Below are positions 37,167-48,025 of a stretch of 64,000 nt of DNA, in pieces. The position numbers and the translations under genes are program-made. The stretch is from a virus (Duplodnaviria > Caudoviricetes): IMG/VR virus record IMGVR_UViG_3300028591_000007, positions 1 to 64,000 of that record. The stretch is one strand, 5' to 3'. Numbering within the stretch: position 1 is the first letter of the stretch; each line of letters opens with the position of its first letter. Under the pieces are notes generated by a model. It worked only from the letters and a program-made list of their open reading frames with translations. It was not told the DNA's origin and did not search any database.

Positions 37167-40100
37167 TTATTTGACGGTTAAAACTATATTCTTTACATGA
37201 TATATACCGTCGCCACCTTCTATACCAATATAATCTACATATGGTACTTCATTATTATTTATAAATTCTTCAGCATTATGCCAATTCTCATCTGAAGGAT
37301 ACTTACATCCTAATGATGTCATATTCCAATCATTATTACTTCCAATATATGCTATCCAGAATCCAACTCTGTCATAACCACCGCCCCAGTGATACTGATT
37401 TGTTACAGCATAGTCAGCAGTAATCTTTATAATATTTTTCTTTATTCTCTTGATTGGAATCCAGAATACACTATCTGATCTATTAGCTCCTCTACCAGCT
37501 CGTTTTAATTCACCATTTTCTTTAATAGTAGTATATAACCATTGATTACCAATAAGAAGATTCCATTCTGTTAAGAAATAATCTTGATATAAGTAAGTGG
37601 GGACATAACCATGCTCATTTCCATAAACAGCATCTGTCTTATATTTTGTCATATCCCAATTATCAACTAATAGACTTGAATTAAAATCATTAGTAAAGAA
37701 ATCTATGTTATCAGTACCATCCCATACATTACTTGATATTGAATTGATCTCAACTTTAATAACTTTAGTGTATCTAAAGAAATTAATGTCATGTCCATCT
37801 TCTTCTCTATTCTTGTAATATGGGAAGAAACCATAATAATAAGTTTTGCCGAATTCAATATCTTCATCATTGTATGCAATATCTTTATAAGCATTCTTAT
37901 TACTTAAAGTAGTTCTAACAATCTCTGTACCATCCCACATATGTTTTGGTGCTGCATTTTCTTTACGAACTACTACAGTTCCTTGCCAATCAGCTGGAGT
38001 AGGTTTCCATGAATCAATATCATCAGGGTCTTCCCATTGCAATTCTACATGATCTTTAGTATTTTGTGATACTGGATTTTCATGTAAATCAGGATAACCA
38101 CTCGTACAATCAACCCATACTCCAGGATATTGATATGTAGCCGCTATTTGATTCCAATGTTCTTCTTCTTGAGATGTTAGTCTTAAATTAGGTAATACAT
38201 CGTCTGTTAAATGCCCATACGAATTACCATCTATACATATAATATCACCGAGTTCAATATTTATAGTTTGTCCATTTACTTTTAAAACATTTGTTGTATC
38301 GCCATATTTTAAATCATTAGGCTCAAATATCCAATGTTTTGTTGGATCTTCTTTCCATTCTTCAGGATAGCCGCAATCATTAATTGGACTATTTTCATCA
38401 TATGGATCTTTACCAAAAAATTCCCATTTACCATTTACTGTATAAAAAGCAAATTCTGGATAATCACTATAAGGATATGTATTCCAACCCATATATGCTA
38501 TTGGATTTCCACTTGATGTTATATCATGAGGTTCCCATTCTTGTAACTCTTCATTCCAATATTCGCATTTAAGACCATGAGTACTTGGATCATCTTGTAC
38601 TGGTGTTTCGCCATCCCATGTTTCATCTGGATCATAAATAGCTCCATAGAAATTTAAAGGAGAAACTTCGCCACCTTCACTTCCTTCAACAAATATTGCA
38701 CTAGCTTCTATTGGTTCGTCAAGTAATCTAATACCAACATTTCTTAAATAAGATACTAACGAACCTGGTGTTACTGCAATATCTTCAGATCCATCACTTA
38801 ATTTATTACTTATACTATTACGATAACCTAACATTAATACATTTATATCAAAACCACTTTGATAAGTTGTACCAGCTTGATAGTTACTAAATGTTGGATT
38901 AGTTAAAGCGCCTTTAGCTTCATAGGTATCCATCATTTTCTGTACACCTTCAAGTGTTCTTTCAAGTATAAATGTATAGAATTGAGTCTTTTCACCAGTT
39001 ACCTTATCTTCAAAATTAATAAGTATTCTATCACCAACATCTCTTACTGGATCACCATATGTTGTAAGTTTGTATGGAACATAAGATCTGTTTTTGATAT
39101 TATTATAGCCTTGATAGAACAATGCATCACTAGTCATATTATTATTCTTCTTCTCTTTACCAAATAGTTTTGTTTTTATTTTCTTATACTCTTCTATATT
39201 TTTTGCAATGTCTTTATTATCACTTTCTTCAACAAGATAAGAACAAAACATATTATTGTTAAAAGAGAATTCTTGTAATGCATGGTCATCAGCATCTTTT
39301 TGTTGTTGTTTGGTTAATCTTTTATATTCAACATTATTACCATCATCCATACCTATTTTGATTATTAAGACATCCTTTACTGTGAATAAAGAATGTTCAA
39401 ACCCTTTAGCAATATCATTATTTGAGAATTGCTGTTCAGGTTGTAATTTAGTTTGTCCGCTTGAATAAGCATCATCTTTACTTGAAGGTAATGGTCTAAA
39501 TGATAATACACATCTTTCATAGTTATTGTATTTATTTGGATGTGGTTCTTTCTCAGTTGGAACTATTGTACTTGGGTCTATATAGTTACCATCTTCTATC
39601 TTGTCAGGTCTTATAAATGGATAACGTCCAGCTAATAAACCTATATCTTCCAAGAATTTACCCATTGATAATGAACCAGACTTTATTATTTTTGGATCTT
39701 CCATAAATTCTAGTTCAAGTATTTTCATATATCCATAACGTTCGTATTCATCTTCACCTGGTTCGCTTGGAATATATGGTTCTGTACCTTTTGTCATAAT
39801 GTCTGTATCTAACATTACTGGCATACCAAGACCTGAATAACCGCAACCATCACCGTAATCTCTTGCATAGACTGAAGGATTTGTAGTAGTTGCACCAACT
39901 AATGCTTTCTGTACATCACTATCCCATACAATCATATCAAAAGATGCTAAGTGATCAATAAGATCTTGTAAAGCATCTTTTACTGTCCATTTTGATTTTT
40001 TCTTTCTAATCCAATTTTCTTTTGAATCATACTTGTCAGGTTTCTTTTCTTCTTCACCTGTTTTGTTTGTATAATCCAAATAATCATTATCAAGTTTATT

Positions 40101-40727
40101 TATACCTGTAAAGAGATGTTTATACCAGTTGAATATATCCATATCTCGGAAGGTTGCCATAAAGTCATAAGCTGTAATTTCTCTATTATAACCATTATCA
40201 ACAGCTTTGTCTTCTTCAACTCTAAACATTCCTAAACACAATAATGTACTTGAATCACCATTAATATATGTATATACTTTTATTATATAATTTCCATTTA
40301 ACTCACCTAATAACAAATTACCATTATTATCATATTTGTAATAGTATTGTAGATTAGGTATATCCAATTCCCAAGTATCAGTATCTGGGTTGTATTCTTT
40401 ATTATTCCTTATTGTAAATTGTACCATTGCTGAAGATGCAGAAGTAAATGATATATTATCAGATGGATTTAAACTAAATGAATATTTAAACTTCTCTTTA
40501 ACAATATCCTTGTTTGTTATTGTCCAGTCAACATCTGTATAAATATAGTTTCCATGACTATCTGTTTTAGGTGTTCCATCATCATTAAACTCTGGTACTT
40601 TTGAAGTTACTATCGGATCATTTCCAGGTACTTTTATTACATTAGTAGCATGAGGGACTATTAATATATCTCTATGAGGTCCCTTGCTGAATTCATCTCT
40701 GTATTCATCATTGTAATCCCATCTCAT
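37167..40727 (-). CDS. Tail-tip/host-specificity-like protein, paralog 2, with a unique C-terminal domain
   Basis: MRWDY family. Confidence 0.7.
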   Translation of the reverse strand: MRWDYNDEYRDEFSKGPHRDILIVPHATNVIKVPGNDPIVTSKVPEFNDDGTPKTDSHGNYIYTDVDWTITNKDIVKEKFKYSFSLNPSDNISFTSASSAMVQFTIRNNKEYNPDTDTWELDIPNLQYYYKYDNNGNLLLGELNGNYIIKVYTYINGDSSTLLCLGMFRVEEDKAVDNGYNREITAYDFMATFRDMDIFNWYKHLFTGINKLDNDYLDYTNKTGEEEKKPDKYDSKENWIRKKKSKWTVKDALQDLIDHLASFDMIVWDSDVQKALVGATTTNPSVYARDYGDGCGYSGLGMPVMLDTDIMTKGTEPYIPSEPGEDEYERYGYMKILELEFMEDPKIIKSGSLSMGKFLEDIGLLAGRYPFIRPDKIEDGNYIDPSTIVPTEKEPHPNKYNNYERCVLSFRPLPSSKDDAYSSGQTKLQPEQQFSNNDIAKGFEHSLFTVKDVLIIKIGMDDGNNVEYKRLTKQQQKDADDHALQEFSFNNNMFCSYLVEESDNKDIAKNIEEYKKIKTKLFGKEKKNNNMTSDALFYQGYNNIKNRSYVPYKLTTYGDPVRDVGDRILINFEDKVTGEKTQFYTFILERTLEGVQKMMDTYEAKGALTNPTFSNYQAGTTYQSGFDINVLMLGYRNSISNKLSDGSEDIAVTPGSLVSYLRNVGIRLLDEPIEASAIFVEGSEGGEVSPLNFYGAIYDPDETWDGETPVQDDPSTHGLKCEYWNEELQEWEPHDITSSGNPIAYMGWNTYPYSDYPEFAFYTVNGKWEFFGKDPYDENSPINDCGYPEEWKEDPTKHWIFEPNDLKYGDTTNVLKVNGQTINIELGDIICIDGNSYGHLTDDVLPNLRLTSQEEEHWNQIAATYQYPGVWVDCTSGYPDLHENPVSQNTKDHVELQWEDPDDIDSWKPTPADWQGTVVVRKENAAPKHMWDGTEIVRTTLSNKNAYKDIAYNDEDIEFGKTYYYGFFPYYKNREEDGHDINFFRYTKVIKVEINSISSNVWDGTDNIDFFTNDFNSSLLVDNWDMTKYKTDAVYGNEHGYVPTYLYQDYFLTEWNLLIGNQWLYTTIKENGELKRAGRGANRSDSVFWIPIKRIKKNIIKITADYAVTNQYHWGGGYDRVGFWIAYIGSNNDWNMTSLGCKYPSDENWHNAEEFINNNEVPYVDYIGIEGGDGIYHVKNIVLTVK

Positions 40728-40755
40728 ATTTTAATAGCCCCTCCTTTCTATTTAT

Positions 40756-43700
40756 CTACTCATTTTGATTTGTTGTACCGCCACCATTATATCCATCTTG
40801 TCCACCGACATTAACATAAAGTATATCACCTTGTTGTAATAATACTTCACCAACTGAATAAGAACCATAACCACCTCTTGCAGTATTAGTTCCATCAGTA
40901 GCATTACCACCTTGTGCACCCCATGTTTCAAGTTTATATATACCAGTCTTAGGTGCTATGAATGTTTGTATTGCTCCAGTGTAATCGAAATCTTGTTTCT
41001 TAAATTCTCCAATTGCTATACTTTCACTATTACTACTTATAGGTGTATCATTATTATCTATACAATGTATTGTAAAGTAATAAGTTGTACCATAACTTAA
41101 TCCAGTAACACCAATACTATCCTCATCAGTATCAATATCAAGAATTATATCATCTGTTTCATCACAACTTGGATAAGTATCTATCTTACCATAAAGTTTA
41201 ACACTCTTGTAACTAACATCTTCTGGTATTTCAATTGTATAATTAATAATTACAGTAGTCTCTTCTGCAATTATAGAATCAATTGAAGGTGCATAGATAG
41301 TAACACCAGTTTCAACTTTAATAGTTTTAGTAAATGTATAAAAGTTGATTGGATGGTCTGGGTCAGCTATTTTTGTATAGTATGGAAAGAATCCATAGTA
41401 ATATACTTTACCAGTCTCAATATCTTTATCTTTATATGCAGTATTTTTATATTTATCTCTTGTAGTAATACGAACAACTTTTTCACCATCCCATCGATGT
41501 AAAGGCGGTGAGTTTTCTTTACGAACTATTACAGTTCCTTCCCATGTTGCAGGTGTTGGTTTCCAATCAGTAATATCAGGTGGATCGGACCATTTAAGTT
41601 GGACACATTTTGTTACTTCAACTTTAATTTCAGTTTGATATCCATCTATACCCGAAGTGTTTGGATAACAATCAACCCATACACCTGGATATACATACCA
41701 AGCACCTTCTCCACTCCAATTAGGATCGTCATTAAAATTAGTATCTTGTAAATAAAAGTAATCGCCTAATTGTACAGTATAATCAACACCATTTATTTGT
41801 ATATTAGTAATAGTATCACCCGGTTTAAAACTCGGTGTTATAATTGTATTATAGTCATCGATTATCCTATTATAACCAGTCACATGCCATTTTCCATTTA
41901 CATCATAAAAATATGATTCCTCAAATACATCAATTGGAGGACCACTTGTTACATATTCCTCATTTTCTTCACTTGATAATAACCCATGATTACTTGTATC
42001 GCCTTCGGTTGGATAATTACCATCCCATGTTTGAACCATATCTTCAAGATCTTCATCATAATATTCAGTATAACATTTTGAATAACTACAAGTAGTTTTT
42101 TCACTTCCTGCACCTTTAACAAATTTAGCTTCACAACCAGTTGGTTCGTCTAAAAGCCTAATACCAAAATTACGCCAATATTGTACTAAATCAGAAGGTG
42201 ACATGCCTTTAGCTTCACTACCATCTGAACCACCAGAACTTGGTATTGCATTATAACCAAATGATTGAGCAGAGTAATTAGATCCACTTTGATAAGTAGA
42301 ACCATTTTGATAATTTGTAAAAACAGCACTAGAACTTTCTCCTTTAGCTTCATAAGTATCCATCATTTTCTGAATACCTTCCATGCTACGTTCTAGTATA
42401 TATGTATAGAAACTAGTATGCTCTCCAGTAATCTTATTTGTGAAATTTATCTTTATCCTATCACCAACATCTCTTACAGGATCTGCATATGTTGTAAGTT
42501 TATATGGAACATAAGATCTATACTTCATATTATAATAACCTTGAGCAAATAATGCTTTACTGCTCATGTTACCATTTTTATTAACAGTTTCCTTACCAAA
42601 TAACTTTTTTCTTATAGCTTTATATTCATCTAATTTCTTTTTAATATCTTCCTTATCAGACTTTGTAACAAGATACGTTGCAAACATATTATCACTAAAT
42701 GTAAATGTTTGAACGTTACCTGTTTCAGCTAATTTATGTTGTGATTTAGTTAATCTTTTATATTCTAATTCTGTTTTATCATCCATTTTGATTTTTATAA
42801 TCTCAATGTCATCGACTGTATAATTCTCATGTTGAAAGTCTTTAGCTATGTCATTATTATCAAAATTAGATTCAGGTATATTTATTAACTTTTTATCATC
42901 TTTACTTGTTGGTAATGGTTTAAATGATAATATACATCTTTCATAATTGTTGTAACGATTATCATATTTATGTTCTTCTCCAGAAGGTATATCTGCCGGA
43001 TCTTCAAAGTCATGCTCGTCAAACTTATCAGCTCGAATGAACGGATACCTTCCAGCTAATCTACCAATATCTTCTAAGAACTTGCCCATGCTTAAAGTTT
43101 TTCTTGACATTATGTTTGGATTTGCACAAAATTCCAAGTCAAGTATATCCATATAACCATAACATTCAAAAGCATCTTCTGCAGGTTCATCAGGTATTTT
43201 ATATTCTTTTTTAGTACTCGTTTCTGGATCTGGTAATATATCTGGATCAATCGTTACAGGCATACCTAAACCACTATAACCAGCACCTTCTTTATAGTCT
43301 CGTCCGTAATCATTCGGATTTGTTATAGTGTTACCTAATTTTGCAACTTTCTTTTTTACTTTCTTACCAGTTTGCGGATCTTTAACTGTTTCTTCTTCAA
43401 ACACAATTGGATCATAAGAACAGAAGTTTTTAATTAGATCTTCTAGAGCTTCTCTTATTGTCCATCTACCGTTTCTATCTGGAAATAATTCAGTTGATGG
43501 TTTTCTTATCCAGTTAATATCAGCATTATAATCATCTGGATTTGTTTCTTTTTTAGTAGATTTACTAGTAAAATCCATAAAGTCATCATCAAGTTTATTT
43601 ATACCAGTAAAGAGATGCTCATACCAATAATATATGTCACAATCTCTAAAGAAAGCCATAAAGTCATAAGCAGTTATTTGTCTTGAATAACCATTGTCTG

Positions 43701-44259
43701 TAACTTTATCTTCTTCTACTTGAAACATTCCTAAACATATTAAAGTATCTGAATCACCATTAATATATGTGTATACTTTGATAATACAATTACCTGATAA
43801 TTCACCGGTTATCTTTCTTTCTGTTCCATTAGGATCTGTTTCTGTGAATTCATAGTTTTGTAAATTAGGTATTACAGGTTCCCAATATCCTTTTTCTTCA
43901 TTAAATTCTTTCTCATTCCTTATAGTAAATTGTACCATTGCTGCATTACAAGCAGAGAATGATAAGTTATCATCTGAGTTAATAGAATAAGAATATTTAA
44001 ACTTTTCTTTAACAATATCTTTATTTGTAATAACCCATGGCACATCTTGCAATACTAAATTACCACCGGAATCTCGTTCTGGTTGTGGTTGTTTTTCTCC
44101 TTCATCTCCAACCCATTCCCATTCTGGTACTTTATATGTTATTAATGGATCATGACCAGATACTTTTTCAACTTTAGTAGCATGGGGAACTATTAAGATG
44201 TCTCTATGAGGTCCCGTGCTAAATAAATCTCTATATTCATCAGGATAGTCCCATCTCAT
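40756..44259 (-). CDS. Tail-tip/host-specificity-like protein, paralog 1, ending in the N-terminal third of a glycine-rich domain
   Basis: DFDYTG..QTF.AP..G.YKLETWGAQGG...GGYG.YS.G...L..G..LY.NVGG..GYNGGG then stop. Confidence 0.75.
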   Translation of the reverse strand: MRWDYPDEYRDLFSTGPHRDILIVPHATKVEKVSGHDPLITYKVPEWEWVGDEGEKQPQPERDSGGNLVLQDVPWVITNKDIVKEKFKYSYSINSDDNLSFSACNAAMVQFTIRNEKEFNEEKGYWEPVIPNLQNYEFTETDPNGTERKITGELSGNCIIKVYTYINGDSDTLICLGMFQVEEDKVTDNGYSRQITAYDFMAFFRDCDIYYWYEHLFTGINKLDDDFMDFTSKSTKKETNPDDYNADINWIRKPSTELFPDRNGRWTIREALEDLIKNFCSYDPIVFEEETVKDPQTGKKVKKKVAKLGNTITNPNDYGRDYKEGAGYSGLGMPVTIDPDILPDPETSTKKEYKIPDEPAEDAFECYGYMDILDLEFCANPNIMSRKTLSMGKFLEDIGRLAGRYPFIRADKFDEHDFEDPADIPSGEEHKYDNRYNNYERCILSFKPLPTSKDDKKLINIPESNFDNNDIAKDFQHENYTVDDIEIIKIKMDDKTELEYKRLTKSQHKLAETGNVQTFTFSDNMFATYLVTKSDKEDIKKKLDEYKAIRKKLFGKETVNKNGNMSSKALFAQGYYNMKYRSYVPYKLTTYADPVRDVGDRIKINFTNKITGEHTSFYTYILERSMEGIQKMMDTYEAKGESSSAVFTNYQNGSTYQSGSNYSAQSFGYNAIPSSGGSDGSEAKGMSPSDLVQYWRNFGIRLLDEPTGCEAKFVKGAGSEKTTCSYSKCYTEYYDEDLEDMVQTWDGNYPTEGDTSNHGLLSSEENEEYVTSGPPIDVFEESYFYDVNGKWHVTGYNRIIDDYNTIITPSFKPGDTITNIQINGVDYTVQLGDYFYLQDTNFNDDPNWSGEGAWYVYPGVWVDCYPNTSGIDGYQTEIKVEVTKCVQLKWSDPPDITDWKPTPATWEGTVIVRKENSPPLHRWDGEKVVRITTRDKYKNTAYKDKDIETGKVYYYGFFPYYTKIADPDHPINFYTFTKTIKVETGVTIYAPSIDSIIAEETTVIINYTIEIPEDVSYKSVKLYGKIDTYPSCDETDDIILDIDTDEDSIGVTGLSYGTTYYFTIHCIDNNDTPISSNSESIAIGEFKKQDFDYTGAIQTFIAPKTGIYKLETWGAQGGNATDGTNTARGGYGSYSVGEVLLQQGDILYVNVGGQDGYNGGGTTNQNE

Positions 44260-44295
44260 ATATAGAATGCCCCTTTCTACTTATTTTGAAAAAAT

Positions 44296-44343
44296 CTAGT
44301 AGCAATAAAAGTAAGTAGCATTATTTACTCTTATTACTACTAG
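44296..44343. terminator. Long hairpin, possible terminator
   Basis: CTAGTAGCAATAAAAGTAA...TTACTCTTATTACTACTAG. Confidence 0.5.
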
Positions 44344-44419
44344 TCATACCCTAAATTACAGAAGCATTATCCAAATTATTATTTCGATAATCCGCCTGTA
44401 ACCTATAAAATGATATGAA

Positions 44420-44472
44420 TACCCAAGAGGGAGTCGAACCCTTATTACATGATACCTATTATCTCTTGAGTA
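44420..44472 (-). ncRNA. tRNA-like minihelix (acceptor-like stem plus T-arm)
   Basis: TACTCAAG/CTTGGGTA stem, AGGG-TTCGACT-CCCT; no anticodon arm. Confidence 0.45.
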
Positions 44473-44697
44473 TGTTATTTTAGTTTTTATTGAGTTATTT
44501 CTTTATCTATAAAAGTGTCATATAGGATGCATATATAATAATTTCTTCTGTTTTATCTTTATTTTGTTTTATAAGCGTAACAGAATAATCATTTGAAGAT
44601 TTTACTATATATCCTTTGTTTAAAAATTCAGGAGAAGATAATACCATTCTCTCATATTCATAATTATATGTTTTCATCTTTATCTCCTAAAATAGTT

Positions 44698-44907
44698 TTA
44701 TAAACGATACTTTCCAAATCCATAATTAGTAATTCTATTTACATACTCAACACACTTTAAGGCAATATCAACAGCTTTAGGATTTTGTTCTCTTACAGAT
44801 AACAGGAAATCCTCTACAGATACATATTCATCTATTGGTAGCTTTTTATGTGCATTTATATCATTTAAAAACGTATCATATATTGCATCTCTTTGCTCCT
44901 GTGTCAT
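44698..44907 (-). CDS. Hypothetical protein
   Basis: AGGAG RBS. Confidence 0.6.
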   Translation of the reverse strand: MTQEQRDAIYDTFLNDINAHKKLPIDEYVSVEDFLLSVREQNPKAVDIALKCVEYVNRITNYGFGKYRL

Positions 44908-45069
44908 CTTTCTTCTCCTAAAAAGTTATTTTATTGGTACTTAATTTATATAATAAACCTTCTCAAAGAAATACTCATAGACGGCTATTATGGACAGTAA
45001 GTTTCGCTATGAGTATCTCTAAGAGAAGAATTTATTAACTAAGTAATGAAATGTTCATTTTATTGGATA

Positions 45070-46863
45070 TTAATATTTAATGCAATATATATATAATCGG
45101 GGCTGTATTGAAACATCAGTAGTATAATAATTATATAAATAGGCATACCATTTACCATCTTGACGTATTAACCAAGGCGTAATTGTGTTTGCTTGGCTGG
45201 CATATCTATCAAACACTATTGATATTGGTTGATACCCCGAAGGAATCATACTGTCAATATCATATCCAATAGCATTTTGAGCCGCTATTGTAACAGCAGA
45301 ATCAAAAGTATAGAATACTCTACTAATTCCCAAATTATTTATAATATTCCCTAGAACTTCAACATCCCCTAACGATGCTATCTCACCATTCTTATAACTG
45401 AATGACATATTGGTTCCATTAGTGCTGACATAAGCGTAATCCTTTAGGAGTGAGATTTCTTTGGGTGTGAGTTGGATGGTAAATGGTGTTTCTAATTCGT
45501 AGCATATCTGTAAAGGATGTGATGCTAAATTTGTTTTAAAAGTCTCCAGTGTTATAACTGCTCCGTAGTTAACATAAATATAGTTACTAATTCTATCATA
45601 TGATATTATATGTGGATTTGCTCCAGCATTTGATTGCTCATAATAGATAGAAGGACTATAACTCGAAAACCAATTTTCATAAGCATGAGTAACAGAACCG
45701 TCTGCACAATTTGTCAGCTCTTGTTGAGCGGCAAATAAAGATTGATAACCAGCACCTGCAAATTCCCATCCCTCATCAGAACTGCCATCAAATATTGCAT
45801 ACCCTCTGTCTACCGTTAAAATTCCTTTTTCAACGTCAAGTGTACCACCGTAGATGGTTTGTCCTAATGTGTGTTGAATGTTGGTGAGAGGATTATAAGA
45901 TTCCCAAGTATTATCACCACCAACCCTAACCATTGGATATATATGCATATTAGATGGAGATGATGATGCTAAAAATTCTAAAAATATAGATACTATATCA
46001 TATGGTAAAGTTATACTTACATCATTTAATAAAGCATCATAAGTTCCATTAGAATATTTACAACTCAAATTATAACCTTCTACACCAGTAGTCGCTTTTA
46101 TAGTTAAACCTGCTTTAAATGGCGTTTCTCCATCTATAATATTATCTGCATTAGTGATAACAATATAAGATGACTGAGATGATGTTTCGATTCTATTGGC
46201 AATAAAAGAACCATCTTGATTAATAGTATATTGTACACCATTCATTGTTCTTGTTACTGCTTTATTTTCTAATATATTTTTTCTACAAGATAAAACCTCA
46301 ATTTTATCGTAACCAGAAATTGCACGAACATTACTAGGACTGGGATCTCCGCTACCAGCTTGAATAGGTTCTAATGTTATAACTGGATTAATTGCTAACT
46401 GATTACTTTTAAGTCCACTTATACTAATAGGATTACCACTAGCGTTACTTGTTGTTTTATCAGCTGACCATCCTGCATCAGTAAGATTACCACTTGCATT
46501 TAGCCCTGCCAAATTTCCCGCAGTAGGGGAAGCAACTTTATCTACTTTATCTGCAACAATATCAACAACTTCATCTATAGCATCCTGGGTATTAGTTGCT
46601 TCTAACTCACTCGTAGTGTTATCATATCCAACTCTATTCGCTGGGTATGTGTTAGGCATAGCAGGCTGAGTATCATGCTGTTCCCATCCTGTCGCAGTAG
46701 CCTTGTAGAAATAACCATTTATATAGTCAGCAGTTGTACTACCTATATACTGCACTATAGTTCCCAAAGGAACAGATGAATAAGTTGGCATTGTAGTTGC
46801 CTGGATATTGTTGCCACCAGCTAATCCTACTAAATGTCCAAACTCACTTAATATTTCTGCCAT
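45070..46863 (-). CDS. Tail fibre/adhesin-like protein
   Basis: L.ATN.QDAIDE, GNLAGL.A.GNL.D.G, Q.GSGDPSP.NVR.I.G, PLQICYELETP motifs. Confidence 0.7.
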   Translation of the reverse strand: MAEILSEFGHLVGLAGGNNIQATTMPTYSSVPLGTIVQYIGSTTADYINGYFYKATATGWEQHDTQPAMPNTYPANRVGYDNTTSELEATNTQDAIDEVVDIVADKVDKVASPTAGNLAGLNASGNLTDAGWSADKTTSNASGNPISISGLKSNQLAINPVITLEPIQAGSGDPSPSNVRAISGYDKIEVLSCRKNILENKAVTRTMNGVQYTINQDGSFIANRIETSSQSSYIVITNADNIIDGETPFKAGLTIKATTGVEGYNLSCKYSNGTYDALLNDVSITLPYDIVSIFLEFLASSSPSNMHIYPMVRVGGDNTWESYNPLTNIQHTLGQTIYGGTLDVEKGILTVDRGYAIFDGSSDEGWEFAGAGYQSLFAAQQELTNCADGSVTHAYENWFSSYSPSIYYEQSNAGANPHIISYDRISNYIYVNYGAVITLETFKTNLASHPLQICYELETPFTIQLTPKEISLLKDYAYVSTNGTNMSFSYKNGEIASLGDVEVLGNIINNLGISRVFYTFDSAVTIAAQNAIGYDIDSMIPSGYQPISIVFDRYASQANTITPWLIRQDGKWYAYLYNYYTTDVSIQPRLYIYCIKY

Positions 46864-46876
46864 GGTATGTTCCTCC

Positions 46877-48025
46877 TTATTTAAAGAGACGTACTTTATT
46901 TAAAGTATTTCTCATTTCTTTTAAAGCTTCTTCTTCTTTTTTCTTAATTTGTTTTTTCTGTAATGCTTTATAAATATCGCCAGCATAAACATCTTCCATG
47001 GTGACTTCATTAGTTGCCATGTTGTCTAACTCTTTTGCGATTGATTCTATCATATTTTCAACAAAGTCTAATCGTTCTTTTTTCTGTTTACCAAATCCAA
47101 AGTAACCTGTTGGAGCTACATAATCAGTTATATTGCCATTATATTTTTCGTCATTATCTTTTAGATACCGATCAAGAACCCTCATAATACCATTATCTTT
47201 TATCTTGTCAAGCTTCTTAGTTTCTCCATCATATGCTTTTTTAACAGCATCCATCAAATCTTCTTTGTCTTTGTTAATAATCTCTTTAGAAGTATCAATA
47301 TATTTTTTGGTCTTCTCAATAATTTCCTTATTCTTCTTAGTGCCTTCTTTTATTGCAGCATCTCTTGCATCTTGGTTTGCTTTAAGGTTTTCTTTTCGTC
47401 TTACTCTTTCAGCGGCTTCTTGTTGGAGCTGTTCTTGTTTACTTTTAAGTTCTCTTTGTGTTACTCTTTTAGCAGCTTCTTGTTTGAGCTGTTCTTGTTT
47501 ACTTTTAAGTTCTCTTTGTGTTACTCTTTTAGCAGCTTCTTGTTTAAGTGTTTCTTGTTTACTTTTAAGTTTATACCAATTTGCTTCTTTCTTATTTGTT
47601 TCTGCTTCACCAGCTCTTCTCTGTGCTTCTCTCTCGGCTTCAGCTTCTGCAGCTGCCTGGTTATTATTATATTGAGGAGTACTCTTTCTATAATCCTCTG
47701 AAAGTTTCTTTGTGTCGTTAACTATTTTATCAGTTGCCTTATTAACAGCATTATCTATTGATACATTAATAATATCTTGTGTAGATAAAGGTTTAATATT
47801 CTTTAAAAGTTCATCTGTTTTCTTTTTCTTCTGCTCAGCTTCCCATGCATTACGTTTCTGAGCTTCGACATGAGCATCCCATTCGGCTTTAGTTTTGTAA
47901 TATCTATAATTACCGGGCTGGCCTTCTCTCATATAATAATTGGCATCATCACGTTTTGTGCCTTTAAGAGAACTATGCTCAAGTTCGTATTTTGTTTTCT
48001 TTGAATAAAATTCTATTATATTCAT
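46877..48025 (-). CDS. KYY-module coiled-coil protein, an outlying member of the 18-29 kb family
   Basis: LEHSS...YYMREGQPGNYRYYKTKAEWDAH. Confidence 0.8.
   Translation of the reverse strand: MNIIEFYSKKTKYELEHSSLKGTKRDDANYYMREGQPGNYRYYKTKAEWDAHVEAQKRNAWEAEQKKKKTDELLKNIKPLSTQDIINVSIDNAVNKATDKIVNDTKKLSEDYRKSTPQYNNNQAAAEAEAEREAQRRAGEAETNKKEANWYKLKSKQETLKQEAAKRVTQRELKSKQEQLKQEAAKRVTQRELKSKQEQLQQEAAERVRRKENLKANQDARDAAIKEGTKKNKEIIEKTKKYIDTSKEIINKDKEDLMDAVKKAYDGETKKLDKIKDNGIMRVLDRYLKDNDEKYNGNITDYVAPTGYFGFGKQKKERLDFVENMIESIAKELDNMATNEVTMEDVYAGDIYKALQKKQIKKKEEEALKEMRNTLNKVRLFK
47398..47572 (-). repeat. Three tandem ~60-bp in-frame repeats (LKSKQExLKQEAAKRVTQRE)
   Basis: Seen directly. Confidence 0.9.

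Noticed and set aside
35755-40755. Self-splicing introns or inteins joining the glycine-rich pieces
   Set aside because: The intervening DNA consists of ordinary ORFs with their own starts; no group I/II or intein motifs were seen. Not formally excluded without RNA data.
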